The notes beneath the pieces are model-generated. The model was not told where the DNA came from, searched no databases, and saw only the letters and a program-made list of their open reading frames with translations. A DNA stretch of 64,000 nucleotides from Hemiscyllium ocellatum (taxonomy: Eukaryota), in contig NC_083410.1 in NCBI RefSeq assembly GCF_020745735.1, positions 96,682,080 to 96,746,079 of the forward strand, read 5' to 3'. Both the position numbers and the translations under genes were made by a program. Positions 13,530 to 25,157 of this stretch are shown in pieces. Positions within the stretch are counted from its first letter, which is position 1; every line of letters starts with the position of its first letter.

Positions 13530-14430
13530 AACTCTTACTGGAAATGGTCATTGCCTGGTGTTTGTGTGGTGAGAATGGTACTTGCTACTTGGATATTGTC
13601 CAGATCTTGTTGCATTTGAACATGGATTGCATCAGTGTCTGAGGCATCACAAATGTGGTGCTGAATACTGTGCAATTGTCGGCAAACAGGTGGATTCAAG
13701 ATTATATACCCTCCACATTTCTGTGGAGAACTGTCCTGAAGCCAAGATGACTGACCTCCAATGACCATAACTACCTTCATATGTGCCAGGTATGACCCCA
13801 ACCAGTGGAGAGCTTTCCTCCCTGATATCCACCACACCAGTTTCACGAGGGCTGCTTGATGCCATACTCAGTCAAGTGCAGCATGATGTCAAGGGCTATC
13901 ACTCTCACCTCCCCTCTGGCATTCAGCTCTTTTATCAATGTTTGAACTAAGGCTGTAATGAGGTCAGGAGCTTAGTGGCCCTAGCAGAACCCAAACTGGG
14001 TGCCACTGAGCAAGTTATTACTGAGCAAATGCTGCTTGACAGCACTGATAATGATGTTTTCCATCACCTCACTGATAATCGAGAAGAGACTAATGGGACA
14101 GAAATTGGCCAGGTTGGATTTGCCCTGTTTTTTATGTACAGGATGTACCTGGGCAAATTTCCACATTGTCGTGTAGAAGCCAATGTTGTGGCTGGACTGA
14201 AAGAGCTTGGCTGGGAAGGCAGCAAGTTCTGGAGCACAAGTACTATTGCCAGAATATTGTCAGGGCCCACAGCCTTTGCAGTATCCAGTGCTTCCAACCA
14301 TTCCTTGACATCACATGGAGTGAATTGAATTGTATGAAGATTAGTATCTGTGATGCTGAGGACCATTGGAGGAGACTGAGAAGGATCATCACTCAGCACT
14401 TCTGGTCGAACATTGCTGTGATGCTTCGGC
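13530..14430 (-). mobile_element. CR1-clade LINE (second family), RT fragment
   Basis: Minus-strand ORFs give KAVGPDNI, WKFAQVHPVHKKQGKSNLANFCPISL and QFGF. Confidence 0.85.
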
Positions 14431-16559
14431 CTTATCTATACGTTGTGGATATAACAGAGACCTGGCTCAAGGCAGGGTAGTACTCACTGTCAAATATTTC
14501 TGGAAACAAAGTGTTCAGGAAAGATAGAAAAGGTTGAACAGGTGGTGGGAAAGCAGTATCGATTAAAGGGAGAATGCTCCAATGTGGTGGAGGTAGGTTT
14601 AATCAACACTTTCAAAAGAGAATTCAATTGTTATTTGATAAGGATCAATATGTAGGGTTAAAAAGAGAATGGCACTAAGTAATGTGCTCATTCGATGGGC
14701 TAGCACATACACAGTGGGTCAAATGGCCTCTTTCTGCGATGTAACAAATTGGTGATTCAATAATGGGTGAAAGCAAACCCTAATTATGTGATCTTCCAAC
14801 ATCACACTCCTCCTCCCAGCTCCCACACATGACCTCAAGTGGAACTTAGGACCCAGTCTCCCAATGGTACAGAACCACAACCCCATGCCTGCCAAGGAAG
14901 AGAGGAGGGCATCCACTCACCCCATCATTAACAATGGGAGTAGGACCATAGTCCATCTTACCAGTTCTAGCTACACCTCTCCTCTTAACCCAACTGTATG
15001 TCAGCATACTAAATCCGAACAACCAATCCCCTCTTAGGCATGCCAATGGTTTCAAAGAGGAACACCTGATTTAGTGCTGAACAGGGCAGTGGACTGGGGA
15101 CAGATGAGATCCCCATGTGTTATCACTCCTCCAAGCTAAACATTACAGGGGACTGTAAAAGTCCACTGGTACTGACAATGGCACTTTCCCAGAGATTAGT
15201 GAGCCTCTTGCCATCTAGTGGGGTAGATGATAACTCTTGGAGTATATGTTCCAAATCAAGCCATTTAAAGATGTTATTACACCTCTGCAGCAGGGAGACT
15301 TAAACCCAGGGCTTCTAGCTCAAAGGTAGGGACACCACCATCAGACCACAAAACTTCAAGAGTGTGTTGGAGGAGTTGCTGACCCACGCAGAAGTCTTGG
15401 TCCAGCACACATGGTTCATGGCATCTCCAGGACACATTTCAACCACTTGGAGGGAATCAGAACGAAATTTTCCAGTGTGTGTGTGTTTCACCCCTTAACA
15501 GTCCTGTTGCTTTGCTTGCCTCTTCCAGGAAATGACATAACTGACAGGAAGTGCCTAGCCATGAGCATGAGGGCAGGTTTGATCTTTAAGCCTGTGGATC
15601 TTTCCATCATGTTTGTACGTTTAGCAAAGGGTCCCAAAATAACACACATGATAGCAACACCATCTCATTCTAAGATAGTGATTGGCCACATCTCTAAGCT
15701 ACAACCTGTTGGGGAAGTCAACCGTGCTGGCTATTCATCAGCTTGTGTGATTGTAATAGTCTAACACCACACCCACTCAGGAAGATGGACCTTGGCCACC
15801 CATTAAAGCAGACTGGCCTCAGAAGGATTTGAGAGGATTGCTGAAGGCTAGCACCGTTGACTAATGAAGCCTGAATCACGCATGTCAAAAGCACCAAGAC
15901 CTTCAGAACCAATGCTGCAGTAAATTCGCACCTTGACCCTCGACTGGTGTCAAATGCTCTTTGTGGAGTTTTCTCTAATCCACTTAGCTTGAGCCAGAAC
16001 GCAAAGGACAATTTGAAGTGCTCCACCTTCCGATAACCTCACCCTGCTACATGGACAGTGTCACAGCAGGGTAATGCGATAGTACCAAGTGTTAGTGTAC
16101 TGGCACCCATCCCATGTTCTCAAGCATGCAACACTATCTGACAAATGAGTCTCCACTTCCTACCAGAGAGGCCTTTACCTCCCCTCAATATTTCTTGCTT
16201 CATTCCAACTCTGCTGCCATCCCCACAATCTCCCTTCCCCACACTCCTGCCATCCCAAGCTCCTCTACAACCCGGTGAAGATGAGACACTAAGATAATGC
16301 AGAGCAAATTTGCAGCCTGTCACTATAGTGCCAGCTTTTACTTAGCATTGGAGTCCGTTTTTTTCCTCAAGAGTTATGACTGAATTTATAGCATTCATTT
16401 GAGGCGAATTTGATTTGCAACTTCTGAAGCTCAGCTGACCATCAGTCACAAAGTGGAAAAAAAAAGAAACAAACTGAAACAAAGAATTGCAGAGTTTCTC
16501 CAGCAATTTCTGTTTTGTTTCAAATTTAAGGTTTATTTGGATCGAGCTACGATGGCAGC

Positions 16560-17570
16560 AATTTTAGCACTGAGTCAAAATGTCGTAGATTCAACCTCAA
16601 CTCCAGAAAATTGAGGTCAAAATTGTGACGGACACTGGTGTGCAATAGTGAGGGAGTGCTGCACTGTTGGGAGGTGTGGTCTTTTGGATGAGCCATTAAG
16701 CTGGGGCCCCACACTGGACTTAAAGAGGACTATTCAAAGAAGAACAGTGCTCTCTCACTGACGGCAGCTTCATCTCAATCAATGGCATTTAAAAGAAACA
16801 TCTAAAAATAAGAAAGAAAAGCTTTACGTAGCATTTTCACAACCACAGATGTCTCAGAACGCCTTGCAAACGGTGAATTTCCTTTTGCAATGTCTTCACT
16901 TTTGCAACGTGGGAAAGAGACAGCCAATGAACACACAGAAAACTCTCCCAAAAACCAATATGATAATGTTCAGATAAACTGCTCTGGTGATGTTGACTAA
17001 GAGGTGAATATTAACAAGAATGTCTGCAGTACTTCAAAATAGTGCAATAGTATCTTATGCATGCACCCAAACATGTAGATGGAGATCTCGATTGAACGTG
17101 TTGTTTAAAATACAGCACTCAGAGAGTGCAGCACTCCTTCAGTACTGCACTGGAATGTCAGCCTTCAACCTCATTGAGAAGCACATGCACTGCCAACAGA
17201 TACACTGGATACCACTTCTGAGGTAACTCCGCAGAGGCCAGTATACCATCATCAGGTCACTCTTTATTTAGAGTATTTGATGCTGATCTGACTCCCTCAG
17301 AGCCAGCTCTCAGAGTTAACAGAACTCTGACACTCCCGGTTATATCTGTCAGCCAGATCTCCCTGACTGGACCAGGTTAACAGCCCCAGTCAGGGAACTC
17401 ATATTCTATGAGATCCATCTGGCTGAACTCGTTACTATAAATTAATTGCTGTTTGTGGTAGCTGACTACTGCATCTCTCTACATTACATTAGTGAGTACC
17501 CTTCAAAAGCCCTTCATCAGCTGTAACACACTTTAGGACACCCTGAAGTTGCGTAATGCACTATCTTTAA
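16560..17570. mobile_element. Two DeuSINE-like elements in opposite orientation plus a short LTR-like repeat (about 17220-17440)
   Basis: Deu-domain-like gagggagtgctgcactgttgggaggtgtggtcttttggatgag on +, with its complement gtgcagcactccttcagtactgcact near 17130. The 17220-17440 piece is the reverse complement of a repeat at about 12860-13082. Confidence 0.65.
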
Positions 17571-17759
17571 GTCTTTCAAAGAAACATGTAATTCAATATT
17601 TTGAATAAAAGAAATAAATAATGGCAGGAACTTAGTACTAAAAATAAGCTTCCTGATCAAATCTGAAGTCAGCCAAGGTTATATCCCCCACCTCTCTCTC
17701 TCTCGCCCTCTCTCTCCCTGTCTGGAGGTTTATATTTGTATAAAATATTTTGTATTTTG

Positions 17760-20175
17760 TCTGAAACATTTTGTTGAGTCCATCAGGAAGGATGCAGGCA
17801 GAAGTGAGATGACTCTCCCTGGTAGTAGAGGCAGTACGGGGGAGATATAGGACTCCATGTTGAGGTATGCACTGAGGCTTGCGACCATTTTTGCAAAGTA
17901 CAATGGGGAAAGTCCATTATCTAAGACCTTTCAACCCCATACAGCAATGAGTTAGAGACTGGACAAAACCCCTGGAGGTGTACTTTGGACATGTGATGGA
18001 TATTGTAAAATTAACTTTGTAAACATTAATTACATTAACCCATGTAATGAGTAGCATGCGGTTTTGAAAAGAAAAGGATTTAGTTTGCACACATCAAGTT
18101 TGAACAGTCATCATGTATTTTTATAAGTTTCATGAGTAAGGTAGAATTTTCAGGAAGAAAATTGTATAATCTGTGTATTGTATCAAACTGTTTCCCCAGT
18201 CTGTCAGGAAGGAGGCTGGTACAACTGGGCTGACTATCCCAGGCAGTGGAGTCACCAAGTCAAATCCCCTCTGTGCATGGATGTTGTTACCATTTCGTGC
18301 TCAGATCCACAGAGGAGCATCTGAGCCCGGTTTGAACTGACCTTGGAACTTGTAGTAATGGCTCTGACCCACAGCGTCGTGACAATGACCTGAGGCACCT
18401 TCTGCTTTATCTGGAGGTTAAAACCGGACTGTGTTCAAAGCAACATGGTGTACAAACCTCTAGATTTGCGGGGTAAAGTATTCCACATGTAGCCTTCACC
18501 CAGTGGTCACCTCTCTGAGCAGCAGCATGGAACAATGCGCAGTCCCTCTGTAGGTATACACAAAGTGTCTTTGTGGGTTGAGGTTGGATCTGTCCAGTGA
18601 AATGAAGGATGGGTCTGGCCTTGCTGCGATGGAACGCTCCATTTTGTTAGGATCGGGCCATACCATCTGTTCCCCTTGGATATGTCTGTGCAGAAAGCAC
18701 CTTTTGCCACAGATCTATCAGGCAGTGGTCCATACATATCCTCCTCAAGACATTGTGGGGAAAGGAGATTAGATTAGATTACTTACAGTGTGGAAACAGG
18801 CCCTTTGGCCCAACAAGTCCACACCGACCCGCCGAAGCGCAATCCACCCATACCCCTACATATACCCCTTACCTAACACTACGGGCAATTTAGCATGGCC
18901 AATTCACCTGACCCGCACATCTTTGGACTGTGGGAGGAAACCGGAGCACCCGGAGGAAACCCACGCAGACACGGGGAGAACGTGCAAACTCCACACAGTC
19001 AGTCGCCTGAGGCGGGAATTGAACCCAGGTCCCTGGCGCTGTGAGGCAGCAGTGCTAACCACTGTGCCACCGCGCCGCCCTAGTCGGGTGTTCCCCTGTA
19101 CAGATATTTGGCTGAATGCTTTATTGCCAGAACCTTCAGATGATCACAAAGACGTTGTGTGGGTGATGATAAGGAAGCCCACCCCAGCTCCAATAGACTT
19201 TTCATAGGGTCACTTTGAACCAATCTGTCCATACCGACTGTAATCCCAAACTAAACTAGCCCCACTTACAAGCTCAAAGTCTCACTTCCAAAACAAACAC
19301 CCCTCCAGGTGGATAAGACCATTGTCCTGCTCTTTCTGGATAATGCTTTCGTGAAGGACAATTGTAGGATGGTTACAGCATAGAATGAGGCACTGGTCTA
19401 TAACAGGAGCAGTGCCCATGAAACAGGAAATGGTTTCAAACCTTGCGCTCAGTATCCTCTTTCCTGGAATATGCGTCATAAACATGAATTGCCCTTGTAG
19501 GTGTAGTGAGGCATCTCAGAGTGTCACGTGTTGTGGAGGAAGAATTGAACCATGTTGCACTTTGAGCAATGTTCAGATAGGAACACAGAAACAGGAGGAG
19601 GCCATTCAGTTCATCAAGCCTGCCCCACCATTCAACAGGATCATAGGTGATCAAATATTTCTTACTCACTCCATCCTCATACCTCTGCAAATTGTTGGTA
19701 GTCAGAAATTTATCAATCTCTACAGTAAATGCACTCAAAGACTGAGTTAGCTTCCAGAGCCCTTGTGGTAGAGAATTCCAAACGTTCACAGCCCCACAAA
19801 TAAAATAATTTCTCCTCATCTCTGACCTAATTGGCAACTCTCTTATTTTTAAATCGTGCCCCATGGTTATAGCCTCCCTATCAAGGGGAAACCTTTCATT
19901 TACAATGATCCTGTCTATCCCTTTGAGTATTTTGTAGGTTTCAATGACATCACCTCAATTTAAACTGATACAGAGTGTCATTTAACATGTGAAATCCCTG
20001 TGTGTGTATGTTTGTTATGAAATTAATGTTGTAAATATATTCTAGAAATCCAAGTGTAACAAAACTCCTGGAGTTGTCACATACTGTATCAAAGAAAATT
20101 AATCTGTTTTTGTACTTTATGCTGTGTTAAACTGTTCTAAAATTTTTTAATGAAAAAGTGTATTTTTGCAAAAAT
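17760..20175 (+). mobile_element. Decayed Tx1-like (L1-clade) LINE ORF2 C-terminal remnants, interrupted by HE1 and CR1
   Basis: Plus-strand translations FIWRLKPD...VYKPLD, IWLNALLPEPSDDHKDVVW, LFPG and KVQWGK resemble the Tx1-type ORF2 C-terminus; AT-rich 3' tails follow. Confidence 0.6.
18766..19080 (-). mobile_element. HE1-type V-SINE, full length and young
   Basis: Reverse complement of the gggcggc(a/g)cggtggcacagtggttagc...aatctaatct consensus. Confidence 0.92.
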
Positions 20176-20411
20176 ACATTTCCCTATGCATTCACTAAGT
20201 ACATGAGATGACAGATTTCCTCAGCTCGCATCTAATTATTATTTCTGACAAAGAATTGGCTGATTGTCTTAAGGTTTCACAGCTGACAGCTGTGTGGGGC
20301 ATCAGGTAACCATTTGGTCAGGACACTGGGCTGGATAGGGTACAGGACAAGCCCCAGAGAGGCTGCGAGTAGGAGGTAGTGGTCTCCTTGCCTTAGATAC
20401 CTGAGAGCCAC

Positions 20412-21055
20412 TGAGCTGATATCACCTGGTGTTGACATCTCTTGATACTGATATCACTGGTGTTGATATCTCCTGATGCTGATATCACTGGTGTTGATAT
20501 CTCCTGATGCTGATATCGCCCAGTACTGATATCACTTGGTGCTGATATCACCTGGTACTGATATCACCTGCTATTGATATTTTCTAGTACTGATATCACC
20601 TGGTGCTGATATCCCCTGGTACTGATATTTTCTAGTACTGATGTCACCTGGTCTTGATATCTCCTGATACTGATATTACCTGATGTTGAAATCTCTAATG
20701 CTGATATCTTCTAGTACTGATATCACCTGCTGCTGATATATCCTGGTGCTGATATATCCTGGTGCTGATATCTCCTGGTACCGATATCACCTGGTGCTGA
20801 TATCTCCATGTACTGCTATCGCCTGATGCTGAGAGCTCCTAGTACTGACATCTCCTGGTACTGATATCACCCCGGTGATGATATACTCTGGAGCTGATAT
20901 CACCAATGGCTGCAGTCTACCAGTGTCAGCATCTCCCGGAGCTGATATCTCCCAGTGCCAATGTTGCCTGTTGCTAATATTTCCCTAGTGATGATATTGT
21001 CCAGTGCTGATATTCCCTGGAACCAAACTCCTCATGTGCTGATATTCCAGATATA
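20412..21055. repeat. Degenerate 16-bp tandem array built on TGATATC(A/T)
   Basis: Units such as tgatatcacctggtac and tgatatctcctgatgc, repeated roughly 35 times and decaying rightwards. Confidence 0.9.
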
Positions 21056-22169
21056 GCCAATGCAGTCCGATGCTGACACACTCTGGAACTGACACCCCAC
21101 TGGAGCCAAAAATCCCAAAGCCGATATCCACCTGAGCCTATACCCCCCTGAGCCAAGATAGCTGCGTATCCTGCATGCTGTATTTGCCTCACTGTTAGGT
21201 TGTCTCCTCAAGAGGCAAAGAGGTGATTAAAACCCAACGAGGTTTAAAACCCCAGGGAAGGAGAGATTTTTAAATGACCCAGTGAGAGGTGTGAATGCCC
21301 TGGGAAAGAGTAAAGCCTCAGGGCAGTTGTTGATACCCATGCAGAGAGAGGGTTAATGCCCCAAAGAGAGGGATTAATGACCATATAGAGAGAGAGGGCT
21401 GAATGATTTGTGAGAGGGTAAAACTCCAAGCAGAGGTAGTATTTCCTAAGAGAGAAGGGTAAAAACCACAGGAGGCATACCTGACGGGATTAAAGCCTTG
21501 GCTGATTGGTTGGGAAAGGCTGCTGGGCAATCGAGGGAGGGCGAGTGCTGTCAATCGTCCTGGCTGAATCAGAAACGAACAGAACAACGCTCTGCAAATG
21601 GACACGTCTCTCAACGAGGTTCAGTTATAAAGGTGGAGCGACCAGAAATTAATACAAGGTTTCACCAATTGCAACCTTCCTCCCAGCACGTTGCCACGGT
21701 CTTGGGTCAGTAGGGAAGATTGCCTCCCTAACCTACTGTGAAAAAGCCCATTCAAATGTGTCAAATGATCCATCAGAACGGGATGAGTCTATTCAGTCTC
21801 AAAGGCCGCTTGTACTAGTTTGTGGGTGAGCTGTATGTTAACTCCATTGAGTTGCCTTTGTTCAATATTCCTAGGGTTGACCTAGGATCGACTCAGAATG
21901 CAATGGTGGTGGAAGCAAATTCACCAGCAGCTTTCTGAAGGGAATCGGGTGTATGCACAAAAATGAGAAATAAACTATGCATTGAAGAGAACAGTGCGGG
22001 GGGTAAGCTTGCTGGCTGTTTCATAGAGCTGACAGAGACAGGATGGGCCAAATGGCCTCTGTCTGTGCTCAATGGTTCTCACTGCAGACATTTGTAACAT
22101 AAGGAATGCTAAAATTATGAAGCGGTGCCTTTTTCTAGCCTCAATACTCACCAAATAGTGTGTCACAGC

Positions 22170-22790
22170 CAGTCATCATCATCACTGGCGGGCCCTCTTG
22201 GATGAGGATGACTCTCTTCCACTCTCATGGTGAGACTGTAGGTGGCTGTACAGACCAGTGAGGGCTACACTGGGGGCAGAAGGTGGCCATGGGAAGGGGA
22301 GGTTGGGGCATTAGTGTGACAGCGTGCTCCTTTCCCTGCTCTCTCCTGGCTTCCACTTTTTCCTGACAGGAAGTCTCGAGGTGCTTGACACCTTCCCAGA
22401 TGATCCTCCTCCATATTGGATGCCCTGGGGCCAGTGATTCCCAGGTGTCTGCGGGAATGCTGCAGTGAGGCCCTGAAGCACTTCCTCTATCCACCTGGGT
22501 CTCGCCTGCCATTTTGGAACTGGGAGTGGAACACCTGCTTGGGGGAGTCTGGTGTCAGTCATGGGGACAACGTGCCCAGCCCATCGCAGACAATCAAGGG
22601 GGTGTTCAGTGCCTCGATGCTGGGGATGTTGGCCTGGTCGATGATGCGTCTGTCCTCCCAGTGGATTCACATGATCTTGCAGAGGCAGTGTTGGTGGTAC
22701 TGCCCCAGTGCGTTGAGGTGACTGCTGTAGACAGTCCACATCTCACAGGCATAGGCAGGAACCATCAAAGTTCTGTAAACTTGGTAGCCA
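22170..22790 (-). mobile_element. RTE-clade LINE, 3' fragment
   Basis: LRWAGHVVPMTDTRLP and WESLA..HPIWRRIIWEG motifs; (TGA)n tail at about 22172-22185. Confidence 0.8.
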
Positions 22791-22916
22791 GTACAGACAA
22801 TATAATGGCAGGGGGTTCTGAAGAAGAGTTAACATGTTGACACTGTCTAACTCTCCAGAGGTGCTGCTGGATCTGCTGAAGTCATTGTTTTTAATTTGTA
22901 ATAGCAGAAAATAGCA

Positions 22917-23238
22917 GCGGGTGGCACGGTGGCACAGTGGTTAGCACAGCTGCCTCACAGCGCCAGAGACCTGGGTTCAATTCCCGCCTCAGGTGTGCCT
23001 GACTGTGTGGAGTTTGCACGTTCTCCCCATGTCTGCGTGGGTTTCCTCCGGGTGCTCCGGTTTCCTCCCACAGTCACAAAGATGTGCGGGTCAGGTGAAT
23101 TGGCCATGCTAAATTGCCCGTAGTGTTAGGTGAAGGGATAAATGTAGGGGTATGGGTGGGTTGCGCTTCAGCGGGTCAGTGTGGACTTGTTGGGCCGAAG
23201 GGCCTGTTTCCACACTGTAAGTAAGCTAATCTAATCTA
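22917..23238 (+). mobile_element. HE1-type V-SINE, full length
   Basis: Consensus head to (atcta) tail. A second, degraded copy follows at about 23465-23736. Confidence 0.9.
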
Positions 23239-23877
23239 AAAGAATTGTGAACAAGTACTGCCATCTTCAGGCAGTCTAACTGAACTGCATGGCCTGGAAC
23301 AAACTTGTGAAACAATTCATAGCAGTGAGGCAGACAGGGAGGTGGTGTAGCGGTACTCTCACTGATAATAATAATCCATGAAACTCAGGCTAATGGTTAA
23401 AATCCCAGCAGGCCAGCTGGAGGAATTTCAAATTAATAAATAAAATTCTGGAAATGAAAATCTAGGACAGGCATGGTGGCTCAGTGCTAGGGACCTGGGT
23501 TCGATTCCAGCCTCAGGCAACAGTCTGTGTGGAGTTTGCACATTCTCCCTGTACCTCCCACATTGCAAAAGGTGTGCAGGTTAGGTAAATTGGCCACACT
23601 AAATTGCCCGTAACGTGAGGTGCATTAGTCTGGAGTAAACATCGGGAAATGGGTCTGGATGGTTTACTCGCCAAAGGGTTGGTGTGGATTTGTTGGGCTG
23701 AAGGGCCTGTTTACACGCTATAGGGAATCTAATCTAAAAAACAGCATCTAACGCTAGAGAGACAGAATAGAAGTATGGTGTTTCGATACTGAATGGGTCA
23801 AATCAATAATTCTTGCTCTGTGTTTTTATTTGCAACAATGTGTCATTGCCAGCTATCTGTGAGAGTAATTCACTTAG

Positions 23878-24640
23878 AGTCAGAGAGACATACAGCAGGA
23901 AACAAACCCTTTGGTTTAACTCGTTCATGCTGACTAGATAACCGAAATAAATCTAGTCCCATTTTCCAGCATTTGGCTCATATCCCTCTAAACCCTTCCT
24001 ATTCATATACCCATCCAGATGCCTTTTAAATGCCTGTACTACTTTTTCTAGTAGCTCATTCCATACATGCTCCATCCTCTGTGCAAAAAGGATGCCCCTT
24101 AGATCTCTTTTAAACCTTTCCCCTCTCACCTGTGCCCTCTAGTTTTGGATTCCCCCACCTCAGGAAAGGACCTTGTCTATTAATCCTATTCATGTCCCTC
24201 ATGATTTTATAAACCTCTATAAGATCACCCCTCAGACTCTTAACTCTCCAGGGAAAACAGCCCCAGCCTATTCAGCCTCTCCTACCTCCACCCCGGCAAT
24301 ATCCTTGTAATTCTTTCCTGGACCCTATCAAGTTTCACAACATCTGTTCATTTGGAGGGAGACCAGAACTGCATGCAATATTCCAGTAGTGGCCTCCCAA
24401 TGTCCTGTACATATGACCTCCCAACTCCTCTAGGTAAAAACAATGACTGCAGACGCTGGAAACCAGATTCTGGATCAGTGGTGCTGGAAGAGTGACTCCC
24501 AACTCCTCTAGTCAATGCACTGACCAATAAAGGAAAGCATACCAAACACCTTCTTCATTAATCTGTCTACCTGTGACTCCACATTCATAGAACAATAAAC
24601 CTGCACTTCAAGGTCTCTTTGATCAGCAACATTCCCCAGG
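23878..24640 (-). mobile_element. CR1/HER1 3' fragment interrupted by a small Penelope-derived insert
   Basis: CR1 tail and RT C-terminal sequence, with an insert at about 24434-24492. Confidence 0.85.
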
Positions 24641-25157
24641 ATCACCACCACCACATCCCCCGACCCTTCAACTTTTGAATGCAGATATAAAACTGATTTT
24701 GTTTTAACTCTAAAGCATTCACTGAGAGTTATTTTAGATTGGACTTTACAAACAGGAAAGACACGATCATCTATTTTTAAAACAGAAACGAGAATAAGAA
24801 AAAAGCGAAAAGGACCTACCTCTGTTTTGGACAGAAAAGGGGAACAGTGGGAGTAAACTGAACTCTCCCAATTTACAATCACCGTGTGATTTTTAATACC
24901 CCTATCAAATCTTTTTACAACATTTTCTTCTCCAGGTGCAAGGTTCTCCAGTCTATTTCTGTAACTTATTTTTCTCATCAATGGTGAATGTTTTCTGTAC
25001 ACTCTTTAATGCTGTCACATCTGTCTGAAATGTGGCACTTTACCCTGGATACACAACACTGTTACTGAAACCATAATTTTACTGGATTACAGAATTGCTA
25101 TAGGATAGAAGGAGACAATTTAGTCCATCGTATCTGTATTGTCTCTGAGTGAGCAAT

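Noticed and set aside
20412-21055. CRISPR-like regularly spaced palindromic repeats
   Set aside because: Vertebrate DNA, 16-bp period, no unique spacers and no cas genes; this is a tandem repeat.
22917-22990. tRNA-like sequences with A and B boxes
   Set aside because: They are SINE heads followed by the V-domain and LINE tail, not tRNA genes.
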